Shown: piece by piece, positions 30,201-39,213 of the stretch | Numbering within the stretch: the stretch's first letter is position 1 | Layout: the number at the start of each line of letters is the position of its first letter | Assembly: GCA_964462115.1 (NCBI GenBank) | Contig: CAYWWA010000002.1 | Coordinates: 6,560-70,559, forward strand | Direction of reading: 5' to 3' | Length of the DNA stretch: 64,000 nucleotides | DNA from: an uncultured Candidatus Saccharibacteria bacterium | Lineage (GTDB): Bacteria > Patescibacteriota > Minisyncoccia > Phycocordibacterales > CAIZIN01 | Made by a program: the position numbers and the translations under genes | Notes under the pieces: generated by a model | Told to the model about the DNA's origin: nothing | Database searches by the model: none | Seen by the model: only the letters and a program-made list of their open reading frames with translations

Positions 30201-31715
30201 ATGATTAAGCATCATGGTTTTATCTACACCCTTAAGGTGTGTATGGGTCTCGGATTATTACTTAACCTACTTGGATTCGGAGCTAGTTTTTCTCTAGCTG
30301 ATGGTCAATGTGGTTTAGCGGATTTTAAAGAACTATCATCTGCGCCCTCTGGATCTATTAATCTTTGTATTACCGGTTCAGCTTCATCTGTGGTTTGGGA
30401 TGATGATATGGAACGGTGGGAATGGTCTTGCGCAGACTCAGAATCAACTGATGACTGTTTGGCTTATAAAACCGATGAGGCGGTGGATGGAAGATGTGGC
30501 GGTTATGATATTTTTAGTTTTGAAGAATCTCCTCTGTTTCACTTTCCTCCTGACAATAATGGTTTTTGTTTTTCTGGCATGCCAGCCAGTGTTTCTAGTT
30601 CTCCTAATCAATTAGGACAATGGAGCTGGGTCTGTCAGGGAGTAAACGGTGGAAGCGCCGTTAGTTGTTTGAGTGATATTTTTGAACCAGAAGATGCTGA
30701 TGATAGTGATGAAGGGAGCGATGATAATCAAACTGATTACTATGATAACAGCAATGATTCAACTGGAGCAGACGGATCTCTTTATGGGGGAGAAGATGGT
30801 CAGCAAGAAATCGGAGACGATGTAGTGATTTCTGATGAAGAATTAGCGGCGATGAGTCAAGGTACTTGTTCCTTAGAAAGTCTTGCTGCTTGTAACACCC
30901 AAGCAGACTGTTTGGATATTCAAAAATATTGGTATGTGGGCTCCGGACAAGACTATGCTAGTTGTCATGCAGAAAATTTATGTATAACTAATAATATTGC
31001 TGGTTGCAATACTGAAGCTAAATGTAATAGTATTAGCAAATATTGGTTTCAAGGAGTAGGTGAAACTGAACCAGCCTGTCATTCAATGCTGGCATGTAAT
31101 TCAAACAATTTGGAACTATGTTATTCTAACTATCTCTGTTCTGCTGTTGGAAAATATTTTTTTAATAATGCTTGCCACGAAGCACCATCCTGTAGCCGCA
31201 CCTACATTGAAGAATGTACCACACAGACACTTTGTGAAAGCAAGGGTCTATACTGGTATGATGAAACCTGTAACCTTGATCCTACTTGTGACCTAAATCA
31301 CATTTATTTATGTAATACTGAAGCCAAATGTGACAGTGTCGGTAAATATTGGTATTATGACACCTGTCATTCCGAAGAAGAGGGAAATAGTATTGATCCT
31401 CCATTTTATAAAAATTCAGATAATAGAACCGGAGTCAAAGTGGTTGATAACAAACTGGGTACCTTAGTGGTTAATTATCTTGATGTTTTAGGAAAATCTA
31501 TTTTAGCAAAAACCTCCTTGTCTAGATTGATTATTGCTGATAGCAGTAGTTATAATCCACCAGAAAATGCTAAAGGTCTAAGTTATGTGCCACTATTACT
31601 GGCGGCTGAAGGCAATGTAGTAGTAAATCAATTGTGTAATAATAATGGTGAGTGTATTTCGGTTGACACCATTGTGGAGCAATATAATAAATTAAAAAAC
31701 TTACAATGTCAATAA
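30201..31715 (+). CDS. Secreted Cys-rich repeat surface protein
   Basis: Signal peptide; two GxCG...C..G....W.W.C modules; acidic linker; five 4-Cys repeats of about 32-38 aa. Confidence 0.75.
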   Translation: MIKHHGFIYTLKVCMGLGLLLNLLGFGASFSLADGQCGLADFKELSSAPSGSINLCITGSASSVVWDDDMERWEWSCADSESTDDCLAYKTDEAVDGRCGGYDIFSFEESPLFHFPPDNNGFCFSGMPASVSSSPNQLGQWSWVCQGVNGGSAVSCLSDIFEPEDADDSDEGSDDNQTDYYDNSNDSTGADGSLYGGEDGQQEIGDDVVISDEELAAMSQGTCSLESLAACNTQADCLDIQKYWYVGSGQDYASCHAENLCITNNIAGCNTEAKCNSISKYWFQGVGETEPACHSMLACNSNNLELCYSNYLCSAVGKYFFNNACHEAPSCSRTYIEECTTQTLCESKGLYWYDETCNLDPTCDLNHIYLCNTEAKCDSVGKYWYYDTCHSEEEGNSIDPPFYKNSDNRTGVKVVDNKLGTLVVNYLDVLGKSILAKTSLSRLIIADSSSYNPPENAKGLSYVPLLLAAEGNVVVNQLCNNNGECISVDTIVEQYNKLKNLQCQ

Positions 31716-32125
31716 AAATTAAAAGAACACTCTTATGCCTTGTTATGTTGGTTCCAATCTTAGTATTTGGTAATGAAATTTTAAATCCAGTGATAAAAAC
31801 TAATACAGAAGATAGGCAACAGATTGATAATCCAATATCAGTCGGGGCTTTAATAGTAAACCAAGAAGCAATTTTCAATAAACTTTTCATCACTGAAAAT
31901 AATAAGATTAGAATTGGTGATTTAATAACTGGCGCCTATAGTAATTCTATTCAAGTCCAACTTAAAAAAACTAACTTAAAAACCGCCGCTGGAGCCAGAC
32001 AATATTGTACTACTGGTGGAAGGTGCTTTAATTCTAAACAGCTGTTAGATATGATTAACACCATCAAAAACCAATCCCCAGCCCCCACCTGTTCTAATGC
32101 TTCGATAAAAATTAACCAGCTTTAA
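31706..32125 (+). CDS. Secreted hypothetical protein
   Basis: Signal peptide; shares a YC...G.C motif with its neighbours; overlaps the upstream stop. Confidence 0.7.
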   Translation: MSIKIKRTLLCLVMLVPILVFGNEILNPVIKTNTEDRQQIDNPISVGALIVNQEAIFNKLFITENNKIRIGDLITGAYSNSIQVQLKKTNLKTAAGARQYCTTGGRCFNSKQLLDMINTIKNQSPAPTCSNASIKINQL

Positions 32126-32137
32126 CCCAAAATCACT

Positions 32138-33289
32138 ATGAAAATCATCAAAGTAAAAAAAATAAGCACCATAATGATTTTGTTGACTACGCTGTTTTTA
32201 GCACCATCTTTATCTGCTAATACAGAGAATTTACTGCCACCGCTCAACACCTCTGTTTCGTCTCAAAAAGTAAACTCGCTCAAACTGGGTAGTGATGGAC
32301 TGGTGTCATTTCAATTATATACTCAAGGCGAAACAATAATTTCTGGGACAACTAAAGCTCAAGGAGTTTATGTTGAGGGTAAATCGTTTGCTCAAATCAA
32401 TGATGGTGGATCTGGAATATCAGCTGGCAGTTTAGTCATAAACACTCTGGATAATGATGGTAAAATGTCAGCCGACTATTTTTGCGACGAGAATGGTGAA
32501 AATTGTATTTCTATTGATACCTTGTTGAAATTAGACGATATTGGCAATTGTACTAAAAATTGTCCCACCCCACCTCCTCCAGCTAATACTGATGAAATGT
32601 GGTGGTCTGATACAAGAAAAATCAAAGCTGCTGATATTTTTAATACTTGCAACAATCTAAATGCGGCCGCTACATACAAGGGAGATGGCAAGAGCTATGA
32701 TGATTGGCGGGTGCCAACAGTGGAAGAAGTTATTTCAGCTATGGTAGGACAGATTGGTAGTCGTGGCAGTACCCGTCCAAGATCCGAACTTTTATTTGGT
32801 GTGAACAAAAGCCAAGTTGGTTCTCGGGCAGCTAGGAGAAACAATAAATTGGTTACTATGGAATATAACTGTGCTTTATTAGAGAATGGTGTTAATACCT
32901 ATAGCAGCAACTACACCGCGCTGTGTGTAAGAGGGAGCGTAGAAAAGAAAACTTTTGCTAGCACCAAATTACAAGACTTAATGACTGGCGTAAGTAATTA
33001 TTATTCAACAGATTTGGATCCATTCATCGCATCTAATAGACGGAATTATACTTCCAATAATGGAACCCAGAGATACTATATGAATGATGGCCATACTTGG
33101 ATTGGTACTACTTCCGGATTTTCAGCAGAAAAATCCGGAAGCAGTTGGGGTGTGTCACTGGCTGAAGATATGAAAGGTAACATTAGTAGTCCATCCAATT
33201 ATGTAATCCATGCCTATAGAGCATACTGTAAAAGCTCTAACCCAGTTTGGATCAATGGGGGAAGCTATTTTAGAATATTAACAAGTTAA
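32138..33289 (+). CDS. Secreted protein with a DUF1566/Lcl-like C-lectin-fold domain
   Basis: Signal peptide; PPLNT..Q; YFCDENGENC; C..L...YDDWRVPTVEE...ALCVRG. Confidence 0.7.
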   Translation: MKIIKVKKISTIMILLTTLFLAPSLSANTENLLPPLNTSVSSQKVNSLKLGSDGLVSFQLYTQGETIISGTTKAQGVYVEGKSFAQINDGGSGISAGSLVINTLDNDGKMSADYFCDENGENCISIDTLLKLDDIGNCTKNCPTPPPPANTDEMWWSDTRKIKAADIFNTCNNLNAAATYKGDGKSYDDWRVPTVEEVISAMVGQIGSRGSTRPRSELLFGVNKSQVGSRAARRNNKLVTMEYNCALLENGVNTYSSNYTALCVRGSVEKKTFASTKLQDLMTGVSNYYSTDLDPFIASNRRNYTSNNGTQRYYMNDGHTWIGTTSGFSAEKSGSSWGVSLAEDMKGNISSPSNYVIHAYRAYCKSSNPVWINGGSYFRILTS

Positions 33290-33300
33290 TCAAAATTTAA

Positions 33301-33792
33301 ATGAAAAAGATCATCATATTAATTATTCTGATTTTAGTTATTGCTTCTGGATTGTATTTAATTTTTAAACTGAATCAGACTGAAACAAAAAACAAGATAG
33401 AGTTTAATCCCGAAGTTGTTCCGACCAAGGAAGAAATATCATATAATCTGATTGCGCCATCGGCTGAAAATATTGCAGAGAATATGTCAATTAGTGATAA
33501 AGAAGAATATTCTTCTTGGCTACAAGAGCAGAAAGAATCAGACTGTGCTAATGATGGTAGTTGTATGATTTTTCTGTGTAGAAATTACGACAGGATGGTG
33601 GTCCAACTCACTGAAAGCGGTGCTTATGTAACTATCAAGAACGACGTTTATGCTTATACAGCAGACTATAATGAAGAAACTGGGACTACCAATCTTACCC
33701 TTGATAATAAAAAAATTATTTATGATCACGAGACTACCGATTTAACTATTTACGAAAAAGAGGGGGAACAAACCTGCTATTTAGCATATTAA
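33301..33792 (+). CDS. Membrane-anchored hypothetical protein
   Basis: MKK plus TM segment; last gene of the surface-protein operon. Confidence 0.7.
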   Translation: MKKIIILIILILVIASGLYLIFKLNQTETKNKIEFNPEVVPTKEEISYNLIAPSAENIAENMSISDKEEYSSWLQEQKESDCANDGSCMIFLCRNYDRMVVQLTESGAYVTIKNDVYAYTADYNEETGTTNLTLDNKKIIYDHETTDLTIYEKEGEQTCYLAY

Positions 33793-33807
33793 AATATTTA
33801 ACTAAGA

Positions 33808-33887
33808 TAAAAAGGGGTCGGATTTTTGTGAAGCAAAAATCCGACCCCCCATCTTCATATTATACCATATTTTAATAAAAAATGCAA
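33808..33887 (-). ncRNA. Candidate tiny hairpin RNA or REP-like palindrome with its own promoter; probably also the terminator of the upstream plus-strand operon
   Basis: TTGCAT-N17-TATAAT (33887-33859), then GGGGTCGGATTTTTG-CTTCA-CAAAAATCCGACCCC-TTTTT. Confidence 0.45.
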
Positions 33888-33941
33888 GTTTTAAACAAAA
33901 GTTTTGAAATTTACCTTGTTTTATGGTATATTTTGAAAATT

Positions 33942-35351
33942 ATGGCTGAGACCAAAAAAGATGAAGTTTTAATGGAAAAAATCATTTCGCTTTGTAAAAG
34001 ACGTGGTTTTATTTTTCAAGGCAGCGAAATTTACGGCGGTTTAGCTGGAACTTTTGACTATGGGCCACTGGGTGTAGCTTTAAAAAACAATATTCAAAAT
34101 TTATGGTGGAAAAGATTTGTGGATAATAGGGAAGACATGTTTGGTATGGATGCGGCGATTTTGATGAATCCTCGCGTCTGGGAAGCCACAGGACACACGG
34201 CAACTTTTGCAGATCCGTTAGTGGAGGATCTGAAAACTCATAAACGATATCGGGTGGACCATCTTTTGGAGGATAATGGGATTTCGCCAATTGGAATGAC
34301 TGTTGAGACAATGGATAAAATTTTGAAAGAAAAGAAAATCTTATCACCAGACGGTAATCAGCTAGGTGATGCTCGTCAATTTAATTTAATGCTCCAAACT
34401 AAAATTGGTGCCGAACAGCGAGAAGAAGATATTTCTTATTTACGTCCAGAAACCGCCCAAGGGATATTTGTTAATTTCAAAAATGTGGTAGACAGTTTTC
34501 ATCCTAAGCTGCCGTTTGGGATGGCTCAAATTGGTAAAGCTTTTAGAAACGAAATTGCTCCGCGAGATTTTGTTTTTCGAGTGCGTGAGTTAGAGCAAAT
34601 GGAAATTGAATATTTTTTGAAAGCACCCAAAACTGATGAAGAATGGCAGGAAATTTTTTCTGAATTAAAAAAAGAAACTTGGGCGTTCTTTCAAGACTTG
34701 GGTTTGTCAGATCAAAACGTACATGAACTAGAAGTCTCTGAGGAAGACCGAGCTTTTTATTCCAAACGCACAGTCGATTTTGAGTTTGATTATCCTTTTG
34801 GTCGGAAAGAACTTTCTGGTTTAGCTTATCGCACTGATTACGATCTAAAACGACATCAAGATTTTTCGAAAGTTGCTTTAGAATATTTTGACGAAGAAAC
34901 TAAAGAAAAATTTGTGCCTCACTGTATTGAGCCGTCGTTTGGAGTCGGACGTCTTTTATTGGCGGTTTTGTGTGCCAGCTACACCGAAGATAATTTAGGC
35001 GAAGGACGATCTTATTTAAAATTACCAGCTAAAATTGCTCCCACCTTAGTTGCTGTCTCTCCTTTGTTAAAGAACAAACCGCAACTAGTCGCTAGAGCTC
35101 GTGAGATTTTTACTGATTTAAAACAAGAATTTGGCCGAGTAGTTTTTGACGACAACGGTAACGTTGGTAAACGTTACCGTCGTCAAGATGAAATCGGCAC
35201 TCCATTTTGTGTGGTAGTAGATTTTGATACTATCGGTGATGAGGCTAAACCAGCTGACAATAAAGTTTCGATTCGCTTTCGTGATACCGGAGAACAAGAA
35301 AGGGTAGAGGTTGGTGAATTAAAAAAATGGCTCAAAAATAAACTTAATTAA
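33942..35351 (+). CDS. glyS: Glycine--tRNA ligase (alpha2 type)
   Basis: CKRRGF, DYGPLG, YLRPETAQG, FRNEI, EQMEIE, IEPSFG, YRRQDEIGTP. Confidence 0.97.
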   Translation: MAETKKDEVLMEKIISLCKRRGFIFQGSEIYGGLAGTFDYGPLGVALKNNIQNLWWKRFVDNREDMFGMDAAILMNPRVWEATGHTATFADPLVEDLKTHKRYRVDHLLEDNGISPIGMTVETMDKILKEKKILSPDGNQLGDARQFNLMLQTKIGAEQREEDISYLRPETAQGIFVNFKNVVDSFHPKLPFGMAQIGKAFRNEIAPRDFVFRVRELEQMEIEYFLKAPKTDEEWQEIFSELKKETWAFFQDLGLSDQNVHELEVSEEDRAFYSKRTVDFEFDYPFGRKELSGLAYRTDYDLKRHQDFSKVALEYFDEETKEKFVPHCIEPSFGVGRLLLAVLCASYTEDNLGEGRSYLKLPAKIAPTLVAVSPLLKNKPQLVARAREIFTDLKQEFGRVVFDDNGNVGKRYRRQDEIGTPFCVVVDFDTIGDEAKPADNKVSIRFRDTGEQERVEVGELKKWLKNKLN

Positions 35352-35356
35352 AATAT

Positions 35357-36157
35357 ATGGCAGAGAAACGAAAAACGGTAGGCTTAGTTTTAGGTTCTGG
35401 TGGTGGTAGAGGCATGGCCCATTTTGGCGTTATTAAAACCCTCCAAAAGCATAATATTCCGATTGATTATGTTAGTGGTTCAAGTATTGGTGCCCTAATT
35501 GGTGCCTATTTTGCCCTAAATCAAGAGGTAGACTCTTTAATTGAGATCTTTAAGGCAGCAGTCAAAAAACGCTCTTCTTTCTTTGATTTTGCTGGTAGAA
35601 GAGGTTCAGTCTTGGGCGGCACAAAAATCAAAAAAGTTTTAGAGCAAATTTTTCAAGACCAAACATTTGATAATTTGAAATTGCCTTTTTTAGCAGTCTC
35701 GACCGATCTCGGAAGTGGGGAAGCTATCACTTTAAATTCAGGGAAAATTTTGGAGGCAGTTTTACCGTCAATTAGTATTCCTGGAGTTTTACCGATTTAC
35801 GATCAAAAGCCACCTTATCACTTGGTGGATGGTGGGCTATCTTCGGCCTTACCAATTAAACAAATGTTGGAAAATTTTCAGCCTGATGTTTTAATTATCG
35901 TAGACCTCTACACGCCTAAAAGTAAAACCTCAATCGATTATACTGTGAGTTCAGTTTCTAAAAGAGTTTATGAGTTGACGATTGCAAAATTGTCGCAGAT
36001 TAATATGACTGAAATTGATCGCCCTGCTGCAATTCTATTACCTGATACCAACGAAGATTGGCGCAACTTGTTTTTTGCTCATATTGATGATAATGTGGAA
36101 AAGGGTAGTAAAGAATGTGAAGCAAAAATTTTATCAATCAAGCAATTATTAGAATAA
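35357..36157 (+). CDS. Patatin-like phospholipase
   Basis: LGSGGGRG, GSSIG, DGG motifs. Confidence 0.92.
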   Translation: MAEKRKTVGLVLGSGGGRGMAHFGVIKTLQKHNIPIDYVSGSSIGALIGAYFALNQEVDSLIEIFKAAVKKRSSFFDFAGRRGSVLGGTKIKKVLEQIFQDQTFDNLKLPFLAVSTDLGSGEAITLNSGKILEAVLPSISIPGVLPIYDQKPPYHLVDGGLSSALPIKQMLENFQPDVLIIVDLYTPKSKTSIDYTVSSVSKRVYELTIAKLSQINMTEIDRPAAILLPDTNEDWRNLFFAHIDDNVEKGSKECEAKILSIKQLLE

Positions 36158-36176
36158 AAAAATAAATTAAAAACAC

Positions 36177-36296
36177 ATGAGCGAAATAACCAACATTTTT
36201 ACCGTAGATTATATTAGTTTAGTCAAAGATTTTTTTAGTTTAGTGACCCAACCAGCTGTCGCACTAGGGCTTTTAGTCTGGGCTTGTTTAAGTTAA
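36177..36296 (+). pseudogene. 5' fragment of a small membrane-protein gene (39 codons), possibly interrupted by maf
   Basis: MSEITNIFTVDYISLVKDFFSLVTQPAVALGLLVWACLS*; hydrophobic reading-frame remnants resume after maf (36922-37261). Confidence 0.35.
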
Positions 36297-36314
36297 TAAC
36301 CCAATAAAAAATAT

Positions 36315-36923
36315 ATGAAAAGAAAAGTTATCTTGGCGTCTGGTTCTCCAAGACGTGTTCAAATAATGCAAGAACTGGCCAAGGAGTTACTGTTTGACTT
36401 AGATATCTTGCCTAATGATTATGATGAAGAGATTTTAAAGCAAACAATTTTTGATCCTCAAGAGTTAGTTAAACAACTCTCTTATCAGAAAGCGTTGGCT
36501 ACTTACGATCAAATCAAAAACGTGGCCGATGAAATTATAGTTATTGGTGGTGATACTATTGTGGCTTTCGAAAATGAATTATTGGGCAAGCCTCATACGG
36601 CAGAAAATGCCAAGAAAATGTTAGCGAAACTTTCAGATAAAACTAATCAAATTATTACTGGTTTAAGTATAATTGTCAAAGACCAGCAACAAGAATATTT
36701 AATTCAAGAAATAGGCATCACGGACGTAAAAATGAAAAAAATGACAGCCCTAGAAATAGACGAATACGTATTGACAGGGGAGCCGTTGGATAAAGCTGGA
36801 GCTTTTGCTATTCAAGAACAAGGTTTTAAATTTATTGATAATATATCTGGCAACATAGAATCTTATTATGGAATAGATAAGACAGCAGTAAAGAATCATT
36901 TAAGCAAAATACTAAACAGTTAG
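36315..36923 (+). CDS. maf: Maf-family nucleoside triphosphate pyrophosphatase
   Basis: ILASGSPRR, GGDTIV, LGKP, EPLDKAGAFAIQ. Confidence 0.95.
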   Translation: MKRKVILASGSPRRVQIMQELAKELLFDLDILPNDYDEEILKQTIFDPQELVKQLSYQKALATYDQIKNVADEIIVIGGDTIVAFENELLGKPHTAENAKKMLAKLSDKTNQIITGLSIIVKDQQQEYLIQEIGITDVKMKKMTALEIDEYVLTGEPLDKAGAFAIQEQGFKFIDNISGNIESYYGIDKTAVKNHLSKILNS

Positions 36924-37048
36924 TTTATTTGGGTTTAAAAGGATGGTGGGGCAAGAGCTGGTTGAACCGGTCCTATTTTTATCTAACACTATTTTGTTTA
37001 TTGTTTTAATTTAGTATGTATAAATACTGGGGTAGTTAAATAGATACC

Positions 37049-37076
37049 ATGTTGCACAATATACCTTTTGCAACAT
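37049..37076. other. Putative dif site (Xer recombination site at the terminus)
   Basis: ATGTTGCACAA-TATACC-TTTTGCAACAT has 11-6-11 geometry with arms 10/11 self-complementary, located where gene orientation switches from + to -. Confidence 0.65.
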
Positions 37077-37266
37077 CATATCTAAAAAACTATTCATTAA
37101 CCATATAATAATAAATACATATAAGCCAACACCACTAAGTTATTGCTTTAGCTATTCTCGCCATGATTGCGTTTATAGCTTTTTTGGGTGCTGCTATCAA
37201 GTTGATGTTAGGCTATCGCATGGATCTAAAGAATAATAAATGGATCGAGCCTAAGGACTAAACTGC

Positions 37267-38352
37267 TTATGACTTCTTGTGCTTAGAAACACTCATGATA
37301 ATTCCCGCCGCAGTTAACTCAAAGAACAAGGCGGTGCCACCCTGTGAAATAAACGGTAGGTGTTCCCCCAAAATCGGAATAATTCCAGTCATGGAAAAAA
37401 TATTAATTAGTGCTTGGCCAATAAATAACAAAATTATTCCTAAAACAATTAACGAACCAAAAATTTCTGCCTGTAAGGCAATTCTTAAAGCTGAAAATGA
37501 TAGGGAAAGAAAAAGTAGAATTACAACAACACAACCCACAAACCCTAACTCCTCCCCTACTACTGAAAAAATTGAATCGGACTGACTTTCTGGCAAGTTG
37601 CCATATTTTTGGATACTCTGATTATAACCCCGGCCCCAAACACCTCCTGAGCCAAGAGCAATCTTTGACTGATTGGTGTGCCAACAACTTCCTTGAAAAT
37701 TACTATCACAGTTAACAAAACCATCGATTCGGTTGAGTGCATAAGGTGTTTGCCAGATCATCAAGATACCCATCACCACCAGTAGAACTACTGACGGCAC
37801 CCAGATATACCAACGACTCCCAGCTGCCACATACATCACAAACAAAACCACCGCTAAGATAATTACAGTCATTCGGTCGGGTTGTAAAATTAATAAAGTG
37901 CCACCCAGCAGTAACGGCACCAGCCACAACAAAATACCAGAAAGATGTTTAAGTTTGGAATTAAATTCCACCAACAAAAAAGCCACAAAAATAATAGTGG
38001 TAATTTTTAATATCTCGACTGGTTGAAAGGTAAAAAAATAGAGATCCAACCATCTGGTGGAATTATTGAAGGTTGCCCCCAAAGGAGTAAAGACCAAAGC
38101 AGTAATAACTAAAGCCAAGAGATAAGCAATGGTGGCTGTTTTCTTAAATACCAAATAATTTATTTTAGAAAATAGCCAGCATGAAATCAAACCCCCGACA
38201 CAACCTATCACCAAGTGATTAAATAACAAAGCAGGATAGTTACTAGTCTTCAAAAAAAGAGCAGCTGAAGCGGAGTAAAAAAACACTATCCCAACCATCA
38301 ATAGCGCCAGCACCGACCATAAAAACCAAGAATCTATTTTTCCGACTCGCAT
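37267..38352 (-). CDS. ftsW: FtsW/RodA (SEDS) family protein
   Basis: RWL, FQPVEILK, LQPD, GSGG..GRG, LPE..SDSIF..GEELG, LPFISQGG. Confidence 0.9.
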   Translation of the reverse strand: MRVGKIDSWFLWSVLALLMVGIVFFYSASAALFLKTSNYPALLFNHLVIGCVGGLISCWLFSKINYLVFKKTATIAYLLALVITALVFTPLGATFNNSTRWLDLYFFTFQPVEILKITTIIFVAFLLVEFNSKLKHLSGILLWLVPLLLGGTLLILQPDRMTVIILAVVLFVMYVAAGSRWYIWVPSVVLLVVMGILMIWQTPYALNRIDGFVNCDSNFQGSCWHTNQSKIALGSGGVWGRGYNQSIQKYGNLPESQSDSIFSVVGEELGFVGCVVVILLFLSLSFSALRIALQAEIFGSLIVLGIILLFIGQALINIFSMTGIIPILGEHLPFISQGGTALFFELTAAGIIMSVSKHKKS

Positions 38353-38406
38353 TGTCTAATTATATAACAAATCAACACATTTACAATCAAAACGTGTAAA
38401 ATAATA

Positions 38407-39210
38407 CTATTTTGAAGTCTTTCTTAGTCTCTGTAGATATTTTTTAGTCACCTTAACCAAACCTTCATCTATAATCTCGGCTGGGATTGAAAAAAACAAA
38501 GTTATGAAAAATGTTAGTGTCTTACTTAGAAGAGAATTCACGCCCAAGCTGTTCCTAATTTTTTGCTTCCAAACTCGTGCTCTTCTGGCGACAGGTGATG
38601 ACCAATTAGAATTAAAATGATGAATAGTATAACTGCTCTCGTCTAACTCGATTTGTCCAGTTGCTACATTCTTAGCTGTAAAATATTTCCAATCTAAAAT
38701 CTCAAAAGTAAAATTGTTTTTTCGGTAAACTTGATACCAAATTTCTGGGGCAATTCTAGGGTAATATGTTTCTTGTTTTTCATACCAACTCATACAGTTT
38801 TTGACAAACTGGTTTTGTTTAGCAGCTCCGAAAACACCTGCTTCAATAGAATTTTTTTTAAAATTTTCAAAAGCAAAAACCTGATTATGATTTAACAAAT
38901 CATTAAAATTTTTTATCACCTCTACATCCATATCCAAATAAAAACCTCCATAATTATAGACCGCCCATAACCTAATATAATCAGCAACAAAAGCATATCG
39001 CTTCAACTCATAAGCCTGTTTAGTCCATGCGATTTTAGTTATATCAAAATTAGCTGTTGTCCAAAATATAAATTGATAATCTGATAATTTCGTTTTCCAC
39101 TCTTCAACAAATTTCTGATAATCATTCGGGATTTTATCACCAGATAACCAACAAAAATGAATTATTTTAGGAATCTCTCCAGGTTCTTTTTGTCTATCTT
39201 TGCCTGACAT
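38407..39210 (-). CDS. GT32-family glycosyltransferase
   Basis: IPKIIHFCW, ADYIRL..YNYGGFYLDMD, HH...W. Confidence 0.88.
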   Translation of the reverse strand: MSGKDRQKEPGEIPKIIHFCWLSGDKIPNDYQKFVEEWKTKLSDYQFIFWTTANFDITKIAWTKQAYELKRYAFVADYIRLWAVYNYGGFYLDMDVEVIKNFNDLLNHNQVFAFENFKKNSIEAGVFGAAKQNQFVKNCMSWYEKQETYYPRIAPEIWYQVYRKNNFTFEILDWKYFTAKNVATGQIELDESSYTIHHFNSNWSSPVARRARVWKQKIRNSLGVNSLLSKTLTFFITLFFSIPAEIIDEGLVKVTKKYLQRLRKTSK

Positions 39211-39213
39211 ATT

